Shown: positions 29,549 through 37,855 of the stretch, in pieces | Layout of the letters: each line of letters opens with the position of its first letter | How positions within the stretch are numbered: the stretch's first letter is position 1 | NCBI GenBank assembly: GCA_041178425.1 | Contig: JBEGVH010000023.1 | Coordinates: forward strand, 1 to 60,187 | Direction of reading: 5' to 3' | Length of the DNA: 60,187 nucleotides | From: Pseudomonadota bacterium | GTDB lineage: Bacteria > Bdellovibrionota > Bdellovibrionia > Bdellovibrionales > Bdellovibrionaceae | Program-made: the position numbers and the translations under genes | The notes under the pieces: generated by a model | The model's database searches: none | Seen by the model: only the letters and a program-made list of their open reading frames with translations | What the model was told of the DNA's origin: nothing

Positions 29549-30673
29549 TTGGGGTGCAATTTGAAAACAGCGGTCGTTATCGGTGGGGGTTTTTACGGAA
29601 CTGCCATTGCGCTCTACCTCAAAGAAAAGCGCGGCTTTAGTTCGGTAACCGTTTTGGAGCAAGAATCAGAACTCTTGCAGCGAGCCTCCTACCATAATCA
29701 AGCGAGAGTCCATAATGGCTATCATTATCCTCGAAGTTTTACGACAGCTTTTAGAAGTCGAATTAACCTTCCTAGGTTTGTAGAAGAATATGGTTTTGCG
29801 ATAAAAAAAGACTTTACCAAGCTGTATGCAATCGCGAGAAGAAACTCTAAAGTGACCGCTAAACAATTTGTGCGCTTTTGTCATGAAATTGGAGCAAATA
29901 TTGAATCAGCACCCAATGAATTCAGGGATCTTTTTGATAGCCGTTTGATCGAAGATGTCTTTTTAGTCGAAGAGTTTGCTTTTGATTCAAAAAAGTTGGC
30001 CCAATATTTTCAGCAACAGCTGGCGGCGAATGAAATTGGTCTTCAACTAAACTCAGTGGTGACTGCCATCAACAAAGATGGAGAGGGCCTGCGTTTGTTG
30101 TACCAAAAAAAAGAGGGGCTGCCGCAAGCGATTCATGCGGATTTTGTCTTTAATTGCACCTATAGTGGCTTGAACCATTTGGGGGGCGAGTTCAGGAATC
30201 TAAAAACGGGCATGAAACACGAGATCACCGAAATGGGTTTGGTGAAAGTCCCTTCGATTTTAGAAAATGTTGGGGTGACAGTGATGGATGGCCCATTTTT
30301 CTCGATGATGCCTTTTCCGGCGAGGCGACTTCATACAGTTTCCCATGTGAGGTACACTCCGCATTTGTCGTGGATCGACGATTCTTCGATCAATCCCTAT
30401 CAAAAGCTTTTGGCCTATCAGCGAGAAAGCCGAGTGGATCGGATGCTGCGAGATATTCGCCGCTATATGCCCGGCGCGGAAGGGTGTGAACATGTCGATT
30501 CGCTTTTTGAAGTGAAGACTATTTTGATGAAGAATGAAGGCGACGATGGGCGACCAATTTTATTTGAAAAGTCACTTGACCTCCCAGGATTATACTCAAT
30601 CTTAGGTGGAAAGATTGACAATATATATGATGTCCTTGAGAAATTAGACTCAGAAACTCTTGTTAATAATTAA
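29549..30673 (+). CDS. FAD-dependent oxidoreductase (DAO-like)
   Basis: VIGGGFYG, NQARVHNGYHYPRS, MDGPFFS, GGKID. Confidence 0.82.
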   Translation: MGCNLKTAVVIGGGFYGTAIALYLKEKRGFSSVTVLEQESELLQRASYHNQARVHNGYHYPRSFTTAFRSRINLPRFVEEYGFAIKKDFTKLYAIARRNSKVTAKQFVRFCHEIGANIESAPNEFRDLFDSRLIEDVFLVEEFAFDSKKLAQYFQQQLAANEIGLQLNSVVTAINKDGEGLRLLYQKKEGLPQAIHADFVFNCTYSGLNHLGGEFRNLKTGMKHEITEMGLVKVPSILENVGVTVMDGPFFSMMPFPARRLHTVSHVRYTPHLSWIDDSSINPYQKLLAYQRESRVDRMLRDIRRYMPGAEGCEHVDSLFEVKTILMKNEGDDGRPILFEKSLDLPGLYSILGGKIDNIYDVLEKLDSETLVNN

Positions 30674-30692
30674 AACAATTGGAGAGAGCTTG

Positions 30693-31484
30693 ATGAAAGC
30701 ACTGATTGGATACTCCGGCTACGTTGGCTCAACTTTATTGAGACAAACAACCTTTGACGAACTTTATCGCTCCACTAATATTCAGGAAATTACAGGCAAG
30801 GAATTTGAACTTGTTGTTTGTGCGGGTGCTCCTGCTCAAAAGTGGTTAGCAAATAAAGAACCCGAATCGGATCGCCAAAAAATAGATGGTTTAATTGGGA
30901 TTTTGAAAACGGTGAAGGCTAAGAAGTTTGTCCTTATTAGTACCGTCGATGTTTTCAAGAGCCCTATTGCAGTGGTCGAAACGACGGAAGTTGATGTTGA
31001 TGGTTTGCACCCTTATGGTTTTAACCGTAGACGCCTTGAAAAATTTGTCGAAGAAAATTTTGCAGAGCACCTCATCGTGCGTTTGCCTGGTTTGGTCGGC
31101 CCGGGCCTACGTAAGAACGTCATTTTCGATTTTTTGAATAATAATAATCTCCACGCCATAGATTCACGGGGGGTTTTTCAATTTTATCCGATGGTGAATT
31201 TATGGGCCGATATTAACAAAGCCTTGGAGAACTGCCTGCAATTGGTTCACCTGACCTCTGAACCTATCAGTGTGGGAGCCATTGCCAAAGATGGCTTTGG
31301 GTTTGTCTTTGATCAAGCGCTCGGTGGCAACCCTGCTGTTTATGACTTTCAAACTAATTATGCCGAAATGTTTGGTGGAAAATCCAAATATCAGTATTCC
31401 CAGAAAGAAACACTCTTGGCTATTCGTGCCTATGCCCAATCAGAACCTAATACGATAAAAAAAGAATTGGCGTCCGGCCTATGA
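30693..31484 (+). CDS. NAD-dependent epimerase/dehydratase
   Basis: ALIGYSGYVGS, LISTVDV, YGFNR, VRLPGL. ATG 30693. Confidence 0.82.
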   Translation: MKALIGYSGYVGSTLLRQTTFDELYRSTNIQEITGKEFELVVCAGAPAQKWLANKEPESDRQKIDGLIGILKTVKAKKFVLISTVDVFKSPIAVVETTEVDVDGLHPYGFNRRRLEKFVEENFAEHLIVRLPGLVGPGLRKNVIFDFLNNNNLHAIDSRGVFQFYPMVNLWADINKALENCLQLVHLTSEPISVGAIAKDGFGFVFDQALGGNPAVYDFQTNYAEMFGGKSKYQYSQKETLLAIRAYAQSEPNTIKKELASGL

Positions 31485-32305
31485 GAATATCAATTTCAAA
31501 TATCGCTTGGGACACAAATGAAGATGAGATTGTAGCCCAATTGCTGCAAACTGAAGGCATCGACGCAATCGACATCGCGCCAGGTAAATATTTTCCGAAC
31601 CCACGCGAAGCGAGTGATTCTGAAATCCTTAAGGTGAAAAACTGGTGGGCCTCGCAAAAGATTGAGATTGTTGGTATGCAAGCCCTTTTGTTTGGAACTT
31701 CTGGACTTAATATTTTTGGTTCCGATGAATCTCGTGAGCTTATGCTGCTGCATCTTGAATCCATTTGCAGAATAGGTGGACTTTTGGGTGCAACAAAGCT
31801 GGTGTTTGGTTCCCCTAAAAACAGAGATCGCTCTGGCTTAAGCGAGGATCAAACACTGACATTGGCATGCTCTTTTTTTGCCAAGCTGGGTAATATTGCC
31901 CATAAGCATGGAGTGGTCATGTGTCTCGAACCCAACCCTCCTTGTTATGGCGCTAACTTTATGACCACATCAGAAGAGACCGCGAAAATAGTGACGCTGG
32001 TTAATCACCCCGCAATTCGCATGCAACTAGACACGGGTGCTATAGCGATTAACCAAGAGCACATTCAGACGGTGGTTTCCCAGTTTAAATCTTTTATCGG
32101 CCATATTCATATTAGTGAGCCCAATCTCATTCCAATTGGCGATGCTCAGACCAATCATCACGAATATGGTTTAGCTCTTAGGCAAGAATTAGGGGAACGC
32201 ATTGCTACAATTGAGATGGTGGCCCCCAAAAATGAACCTCACCCCCTTGCCATCCGGCGCGCTCTTGGGATTGTGAAAACAAATTATGGTGGAGGTGATT
32301 TGTGA
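31481..32305 (+). CDS. Sugar-phosphate isomerase/epimerase (xylose isomerase-like TIM barrel)
   Basis: ISNIAW, VFGSPKNR, LEPNP, LDTG, HIHISEP, TIEM. Confidence 0.82.
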   Translation: MRISISNIAWDTNEDEIVAQLLQTEGIDAIDIAPGKYFPNPREASDSEILKVKNWWASQKIEIVGMQALLFGTSGLNIFGSDESRELMLLHLESICRIGGLLGATKLVFGSPKNRDRSGLSEDQTLTLACSFFAKLGNIAHKHGVVMCLEPNPPCYGANFMTTSEETAKIVTLVNHPAIRMQLDTGAIAINQEHIQTVVSQFKSFIGHIHISEPNLIPIGDAQTNHHEYGLALRQELGERIATIEMVAPKNEPHPLAIRRALGIVKTNYGGGDL

Positions 32306-33099
32306 TAGTTGAAATACCTGCTAAATGGGAAGTTCCTTCGTTTGAAATTAAGTATTGGGAAGGGAAAACCACCTCCTATTGTGTGGTTGTGCCGGTTATT
32401 AATGAGGGGGCGCGCCTTGGTCGCCTTTTGGCGCGAATGAAGGCCCTCGATATTGCCGGCAAGGCTGATATTATAATCGTGGATGGTGGTACCACCGATG
32501 GCTCCCTAGAAGCCGAGATTCTGAGGAATATGGCTGTTAGAGGTCTGATCCTAAAGACGGGGCCTGGCAAACTCAGTGCGCAACTTCGATGTGCTTATGC
32601 CTTTGCCTTACTACAAGGTTATGAGGGAATCGTTACCATTGATGGTAACGACAAAGATGATCCAAGCACGATTCCAATTTTTCTAGCGAAACTGACTGAG
32701 GGGGTTGATTTTGTGCAAGCCTCTCGATTCCTGCCAGGAGGGGTAGCGGAAAACACCCCCGCTCTTCGCGATTTCGCTATCCGGTTTATTCATGCACCGG
32801 CATTGCGATTGGCATCTGGCTTTCCTTGGACCGATACGACTCAGGGCTATAGGGCCTACAGTCGAAAGATGCTAATGGATGCGCGAGTGCACCCATTCAG
32901 GAATATATTTATGAAGTATGAACTCTTGGCCTATCTCTCCAAACAAGTGCCAAGGTTGGGTTTTCGCTGCCTTGAGGTGGCAACTGGGAGAAAATATCCC
33001 AAGAACGAGGCCGTACCTACAAAGATAAAGGGATTGCGAGGCAACTTCGAATTGCTGATGACACTGATGAAGGCATGCTTCGGCGACTACGATGTGTAG
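32302..33099 (+). CDS. DPM1-like polyprenol-phosphate glycosyltransferase (GT2)
   Basis: VPVINEG, VDGGTTDGS, IDGNDKD, QASRF, TDTTQGYRAYS. Confidence 0.82.
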   Translation: MIVEIPAKWEVPSFEIKYWEGKTTSYCVVVPVINEGARLGRLLARMKALDIAGKADIIIVDGGTTDGSLEAEILRNMAVRGLILKTGPGKLSAQLRCAYAFALLQGYEGIVTIDGNDKDDPSTIPIFLAKLTEGVDFVQASRFLPGGVAENTPALRDFAIRFIHAPALRLASGFPWTDTTQGYRAYSRKMLMDARVHPFRNIFMKYELLAYLSKQVPRLGFRCLEVATGRKYPKNEAVPTKIKGLRGNFELLMTLMKACFGDYDV

Positions 33100-33131
33100 C
33101 TGCTAATTTACGATAGGGCTCTAGACAAGGA

Positions 33132-34385
33132 CTACGTATTTCTAAATCGTGAGAAAGCATTTAAAGATTTGTATGAATAAAATACTGGCACGCTTTTGCC
33201 AATCAAGAGACAGGCAAAAAATGTGAAAGGTAATTCCCAAACAAAATAATTGATATGGGTATGAATAAATGAATGAGCTTTAGCCAGAACAAGCCAGCTC
33301 ATGGAAGCCATAAAGGCTAAGCACGAAGGATAAAAATAGGTTTTATAGATTGGCTTGGCGTATCTGAGACTCAGAACGCCAGCCATTAAAGTCGCTAAGA
33401 TTAGAAATAAATAGGGCATCCTTAAGTAAAGACCGAGAGTCTCGAGGTAGCCCGCTTCTATGCTCTGGTGATAAATTGGGTCAATGTTTGCCAGCATTTG
33501 GGAATTGCTTCCTGAACCGATTCTTTTCAAAATGGTCGTTTGAATAACTTCCATGGCCGATTGATTGTTCTGAGATTTTACAACAGCAATCCAGGCAGCA
33601 AAACAAAGACTAAAGCCGCTGAGTTGAATTAGGACAGTTAATAGAGACTCGCGGAGAAACTGTTTGGTGGTAAGGAGGCCTTTTTTCATTTCTAAAAGAT
33701 AGAAAGCCACTGGCATCAAGAAGAGACAAGTGATGTATTCAAAACCGATGGCCATTCTAAGGATTGATATGAAGCCTAGGGTAAAACGTCTGGCCGGTCC
33801 CTTTAGTTTAAATAAGGCAACTATTAGGCAAAGCCAAACCCAGGAAAGCCAATAAAGATTGCCGCCAAATTTTTGCCATGTTTGGGTGTAGAACGAAATA
33901 AGAACAAATAGTACAGCCCCTAAAAAACTCTCTTGAGCCATTAGGGCCGCAAGTAAAATCAATAAGCCCGAGTTTAAAACTGCTACGAGAATTTTTTGAT
34001 CGTGAGGTGAAGTTTCAAAAAAAGTATAAATTGCACCAGAGATAAATCCATTCAGGCTGACCTGGTTCAGGTAAGGTTCGTATTTGCAGGCAAGGCCACG
34101 TTCAAAGGCCGCGTGAGCACTTAGATTGCTGGCGGCATTCGCGGTAGCACTATCCGTCCAGGAGCAGCGGCCTAAAAAGGGTGGCTGAAAAAAAACTTTC
34201 TTTTTCTCTCTGATCTGCTCAAGCGATCCAATGACCAAAGCCTCGGAGTCGTCCTGAAAATAGTAGAACTTTGAAGTTGATAAATTCAAATTGAGGCCAA
34301 AAGTGAATAAAAGAAATAAAATGAAAAACTGATTTTTTTTTAAATAACTAAGGGGCTTTGAGATTAGCTTAGTAACAGATTGCAT
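33132..34385 (-). CDS. Multi-pass membrane protein, possible GtrC/GT-C-like
   Basis: Multiple TM segments. QDDSE in the first loop, GFEYIT, SWLVLAKAHSFIH. Confidence 0.7.
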   Translation of the reverse strand: MQSVTKLISKPLSYLKKNQFFILFLLFTFGLNLNLSTSKFYYFQDDSEALVIGSLEQIREKKKVFFQPPFLGRCSWTDSATANAASNLSAHAAFERGLACKYEPYLNQVSLNGFISGAIYTFFETSPHDQKILVAVLNSGLLILLAALMAQESFLGAVLFVLISFYTQTWQKFGGNLYWLSWVWLCLIVALFKLKGPARRFTLGFISILRMAIGFEYITCLFLMPVAFYLLEMKKGLLTTKQFLRESLLTVLIQLSGFSLCFAAWIAVVKSQNNQSAMEVIQTTILKRIGSGSNSQMLANIDPIYHQSIEAGYLETLGLYLRMPYLFLILATLMAGVLSLRYAKPIYKTYFYPSCLAFMASMSWLVLAKAHSFIHTHINYFVWELPFTFFACLLIGKSVPVFYSYKSLNAFSRFRNT

Positions 34386-34405
34386 GATTTCCTTTGGCTG
34401 AAAAA

Positions 34406-35137
34406 CTAGAGCCTTTCATAGGCGGCAATAACTTCCGTTGGTTTGCCGTCGGCTTCAACTTTTCCATGGTGAAGCCACAATGCCCTCGAACACATTTTTT
34501 CGATCATCCCCAAATCATGGCTCACGATCACCATTCCCTTGGAGCGGTTGAGGAGGCTGTTCATTCTCTCTTGCGCTTTATGGGCAAAGTGGGCATCGCC
34601 GGCACTGAGCATTTCGTCGAAGAGCAGGATCTCGGGCTCGATCGAAGTGGCAATGGCAAAAGCGAGTCTTACCGCCATACCAGAGGAGTAGTATTTTACG
34701 GGCACATTAATAAAATCACCGAGTTCACAAAAATCAATAATGGCTTGTTCGTTTTGCTCGATCTGTTCCTTCGAGAATCCCAGCATATAACCATTAAGGT
34801 ATATGTTTTCTTTGCCTGAGAACTCCGGGTTAAATCCCGCCGAGATTTCGATGAGAGGTTGAATAGTGCCATTCAAAGTTACTTTGCCGAGCGTGGGTTT
34901 GAGAATGCCTGAGATAACTTTCAGAAGTGTGCTCTTGCCTGCCCCATTGCCACCAATAATGCCCACCCGTTCGCCCTGCTTGACATCAAAGCTAATGTTG
35001 TTGAGGGCGTTGAAAGTCGATTTTTTCTCTTGGGTGTATTGTCTTTTATGGAAAAGGTTAACGAGGGCTTCTTTGAGCGTGCGCGTCTGATCATGATAGA
35101 GTTCATAGGTAAGTGTGACATTTTCAACTTTAATCAT
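34406..35137 (-). CDS. wzt: Polysaccharide ABC exporter ATPase
   Basis: GGNGAGKS, YSSGM, LLFDE, VSHD. No C-terminal carbohydrate-binding extension. Confidence 0.9.
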   Translation of the reverse strand: MIKVENVTLTYELYHDQTRTLKEALVNLFHKRQYTQEKKSTFNALNNISFDVKQGERVGIIGGNGAGKSTLLKVISGILKPTLGKVTLNGTIQPLIEISAGFNPEFSGKENIYLNGYMLGFSKEQIEQNEQAIIDFCELGDFINVPVKYYSSGMAVRLAFAIATSIEPEILLFDEMLSAGDAHFAHKAQERMNSLLNRSKGMVIVSHDLGMIEKMCSRALWLHHGKVEADGKPTEVIAAYERL

Positions 35138-35139
35138 GA

Positions 35140-35937
35140 TTACAACCTAAAGACGATACGGTTTTCATTGCGCTTTAACACCCAAAACCCAAACAAAAAC
35201 ACCACCACCGAGCCAATCCCCAGCACGGCATAGTTCACCGGGCCCGCCAGTTGGCCTGAGTAAAAGGGCTCACGAAAGCACTTTACCACATGAAAGAACG
35301 GGTTGAGTTTCATCAGGGCTTGGTATTTTTCGGGAACAAGATCAAGACTGTATAAAATGGGCGTTGCAAAAAAAGCGGCCTGGGTGAGGATCGGCGTAAT
35401 ATGAATAAAGTCTCTAAAAAACACCGTGGTCACTGAGAGAAAAGCCGCAATCCCAAAGTTCATCAGAATCACAAAAAAGATCACCATGGGCACGCTCAAC
35501 AAACTCCAAGAGAGCTCGAGCTGCCCGAATAACAACCCCAAGATCAAGAGGGCGGTGATGCTAAACATAAAGTTCACGGCCTCAAAGAGTATCGCATTAA
35601 AGATAAAGATCGATTTGGGGAGGTAGATTTTTTTTATGTACTGCTCGTTGGCGAGCATAATGGTGGTGGAACCGTTCGTTGTGACCGAAATTAAGTTAAA
35701 GATCGCCGAGCCTGTAAACATGTAGATAAAGTAATTGGGGGTTGATCCACGCGAGAGCATATAGAACACAAAACCCACCACAATGTAGTTTAAGATGGGA
35801 TTCAGGAGCGACCAAAAGAACCCAAGAAGAGAACGACGATACCGTAAGAGCAAGGTCGACTTCACAAAACTGTGAGTCACCCATCGATAGCGATAGAGCT
35901 CCTTGATTTCATCAATAATGCTGCCTAGAAATTGCAC
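35140..35937 (-). CDS. wzm: Polysaccharide ABC exporter permease
   Basis: RYRRSLLGFFWSLLNP, FFRD, FFATPILY, LNP. Confidence 0.9.
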   Translation of the reverse strand: MQFLGSIIDEIKELYRYRWVTHSFVKSTLLLRYRRSLLGFFWSLLNPILNYIVVGFVFYMLSRGSTPNYFIYMFTGSAIFNLISVTTNGSTTIMLANEQYIKKIYLPKSIFIFNAILFEAVNFMFSITALLILGLLFGQLELSWSLLSVPMVIFFVILMNFGIAAFLSVTTVFFRDFIHITPILTQAAFFATPILYSLDLVPEKYQALMKLNPFFHVVKCFREPFYSGQLAGPVNYAVLGIGSVVVFLFGFWVLKRNENRIVFRL

Positions 35938-36272
35938 AAATCCTCTACTTTGTAGAAAGCTTCAAGTGGTCAAATAGTTCTAAGATTAATAAGGCTTAGC
36001 CAAAAATTTTCAACAAGTTTTCTTCGGGGGGGGAGGGGGGCCTGAAAGGAACTTGAGCGTACCACGGGGGTTAGGGAGCAAGTTTTAGCTTTTGGCCGCT
36101 GAGTTGGGAGGGCAGGGCCTCGGTGTCTGCTGGCGAGAAGTGGCCGAACCGCCCTTGGCCTCTCCATGAAAGGCCCCAAAGGGTTTTAAGCCCTATCCGT
36201 TGAGCATCAGGGAACAATAACCAGTGATTTACAAAATCATCCGTTAACGTACCGATTCCACAAACGTGCGAT

Positions 36273-36389
36273 TCAAAAAAGCTGGATCGTTAGCTCATAG
36301 ATCCTAAGGGCTAGTAAAACTAGACTTAAGAGAGCTTGAGCCAGTGTCAAAATATGTCGAATCAGAATTTGGGTTCTCTGATTTTTCAT
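36273..36389 (-). CDS. 38-aa hydrophobic peptide MKNQRTQILIRHILTLAQALLSLVLLALRIYELTIQLF, putative type I toxin
   Basis: Hand-translated. GGAGG lies 5 nt before the ATG. Frame and length are conserved in three units. Confidence 0.75.
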   Translation of the reverse strand: MKNQRTQILIRHILTLAQALLSLVLLALRIYELTIQLF

Positions 36390-36431
36390 AATGACCTCCA
36401 TTTTTTGTAGAATGGGGGTCGTTTCTTTTTT
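36360..36431 (+). ncRNA. Putative antisense antitoxin sRNA, unit 1
   Basis: Hairpin aatcaga/tctgatt plus terminator-like gacctccatt/aatgggggtc and a U-tract. Antisense to the RBS and first codons. 5' end unknown. Confidence 0.55.
36393..36431 (+). terminator. Intrinsic terminator-like hairpin (also 36867-36904 and 37375-37412)
   Basis: 10-bp GC-rich stem with one G-U pair on the + strand, followed by gtttctttttt. Confidence 0.7.
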
Positions 36432-36746
36432 GAGGCCTCAGGCGGTTCAGCCAAGAAGTTGCTATAGCAATATTCGAGTGCCAGTGAGAGTAAGTTATGT
36501 TGGAGATGGGGGACGATGATCGGATGTGTGTCCGGCAGACCTGCCAGTGGCGATCTTGTGGTGAATCGCTCGATTGAATCAGTCAGTCAGGCGGTATGGG
36601 TCTAACACCACAAGTGGCCGAACCGCCCTCGGCCTCTCCATGAAAGGCCCCAAAGGGTTTTAAGCCCTATCCTTTGAGCATCGAGGAACAATAATCAGTG
36701 ATTTACAAAATCATCCGTTAACGTACCGATTCCACAAACGTGCTAT

Positions 36747-36863
36747 TCAAAAAAGATGGATCGTTAGCTCATAGATCCTAAGGGCTAGTAAAACTAGACT
36801 TAAGAGAGCTTGAGCGATCGTCAAAATATGTCGAATCAGAATTAGGTTTCTCTGATTTTTCAT
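36747..36863 (-). CDS. 38-aa hydrophobic peptide MKNQRNLILIRHILTIAQALLSLVLLALRIYELTIHLF, putative type I toxin
   Basis: Unit 2 copy with the same RBS and no indels in the ORF. Confidence 0.75.
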   Translation of the reverse strand: MKNQRNLILIRHILTIAQALLSLVLLALRIYELTIHLF

Positions 36864-36904
36864 AATGACCTCCATTTTCGTAGAATGGGGGTCGTTTCTT
36901 TTTT
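36834..36904 (+). ncRNA. Putative antisense antitoxin sRNA, unit 2
   Basis: Same two hairpins with different loop sequences. Confidence 0.55.
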
Positions 36905-37254
36905 GAGGCCTCAGGCGGTTCAGCCGAGAGTTGCTATAGCAATATTCGAGTGCCAGTGAGACTGTGTTATGTTGGATATCGGGTTCGATGGTCGGATTTA
37001 TATCCGGTAGACTAGCCAGTGGCGATCTTGTGGTGAATCGCTCGATTGAATCAGTCAGTCAGGCGGTATGGGTCTAACACCACAAGTGGCCAAACCGCCC
37101 TCAGCCTCTCCATGAAAGGCCCCAAAGGGTTTTAAGCCCTATCCGTTGGGCGGTGGGTAGGGAACTTCCAAAGAGAAGCTCCTACCCATCGAGGAACAAA
37201 AACACTTGATTTGCAAAATCATCCGTTAACGTACCGGTTCCACAAACGTGCGAT

Positions 37255-37371
37255 TCAAAAAAGCTGGATCGTTAGCTCATAGATCTTAAGGGCTAGCAAA
37301 ACTAGACCTAAGAGCGCTTGAGCCAGTGTCAAAATATGTCGAATCAAAAGTACCTGCTTTTGATTTTTCAT
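37255..37371 (-). CDS. 38-aa hydrophobic peptide MKNQKQVLLIRHILTLAQALLGLVLLALKIYELTIQLF, putative type I toxin
   Basis: Unit 3 copy with synonymous (GCT>GCG, TTA>TTG) and conservative (R>K, I>L) changes. Confidence 0.75.
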   Translation of the reverse strand: MKNQKQVLLIRHILTLAQALLGLVLLALKIYELTIQLF

Positions 37372-37412
37372 AATGACCTCCATTTTTGTAGAATGGGGGT
37401 CGTTTCTTTTTT
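37342..37412 (+). ncRNA. Putative antisense antitoxin sRNA, unit 3
   Basis: Hairpin aatcaaaag/cttttgatt with a compensatory change, plus the terminator. Confidence 0.55.
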
Positions 37413-37668
37413 GAGGCCTCAGGCGGTTCAGCCAAGGTGAGGCTATAGCAATATTCGAGTGCCAGTGAGAGTAAGTTATGTTGGAGATGGGGCACGATGA
37501 TCGGATGTGTGTCCGGCAGACCTACCAGTGGCGATCTTGTTGTGCATTGCTCGGTTCAATCAATCACTCAGTATGGGTCTTAAAACCAAAAGTGGCCGAA
37601 CCGCCCTTTGCCTCTCCATGAAAGGGTGGGCATCATCCGTTAACGTACCGATTCTACAAACGTGCTAT

Positions 37669-37725
37669 TCAACAAAGATGGTGAATAAGCTCATAGATCT
37701 GCAGTGCCAGCAAAACTAGCCTTAA
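37669..37725 (-). pseudogene. 3' half of a fourth peptide copy (LRLVLLALQIYELIHHLC*)
   Basis: Homologous C-terminal half. The 5' half and start codon are missing. Confidence 0.7.
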
Positions 37726-37768
37726 GTTTGCTCAGGCAATGTTTAGAGGCTTGGGGAGCAAAAGGCCC

Positions 37769-37847
37769 ATAAAGTCCGCAGGATATGCGGAGATTATGGG
37801 TTGATTGTGCGGACTTTATCATCTACAATCTCCGTATAGATTGCGGA
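37769..37847. promoter_or_regulatory. Operator-like palindromes upstream of the Fic gene
   Basis: TCCGCA-N5-TGCGGA (37775-37791), TCCGTA-N5-TGCGGA (37831-37847) and a 12-bp IR at 37769-37780/37808-37819. Confidence 0.6.
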
Positions 37848-37855
37848 GAATATTA

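Larger units (their letters stand above)
36138..37725. repeat. Tandem array of long direct repeats: units start at 36138, 36612, 37084 and 37590 (partial); periods 474, 472 and 506 bp
   Basis: Read directly from the recurring anchor aagtggcc(g/a)aaccgccc and near-identical unit bodies. Confidence 0.97.

Noticed and set aside
36020..36137. G-rich stretch before the array (similar G-run at ~44360)
   Set aside because: Only low-complexity similarity; no defined structure or homology.
36460..36485. Sigma54-like TGGCAC...TTGCT on the minus strand upstream of the peptide mRNA
   Set aside because: GG to GC spacing is 12 nt, not the required 10. The ttgctatagcaa palindrome may still be regulatory, but I cannot assign a promoter.
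37286..37719. ORF-track calls 37286-37495 (-) and 37507-37719 (+), also 35970-36179 (-)
   Set aside because: Not reported as ORFs in the other repeat units and no clear RBS. The 38-aa frame is the conserved one.
36138..37725. CRISPR array, rRNA or tRNA interpretation of the repeats
   Set aside because: Units are ~473 bp and similar along their whole length with no unique spacers. No cas genes and no tRNA/rRNA signatures.
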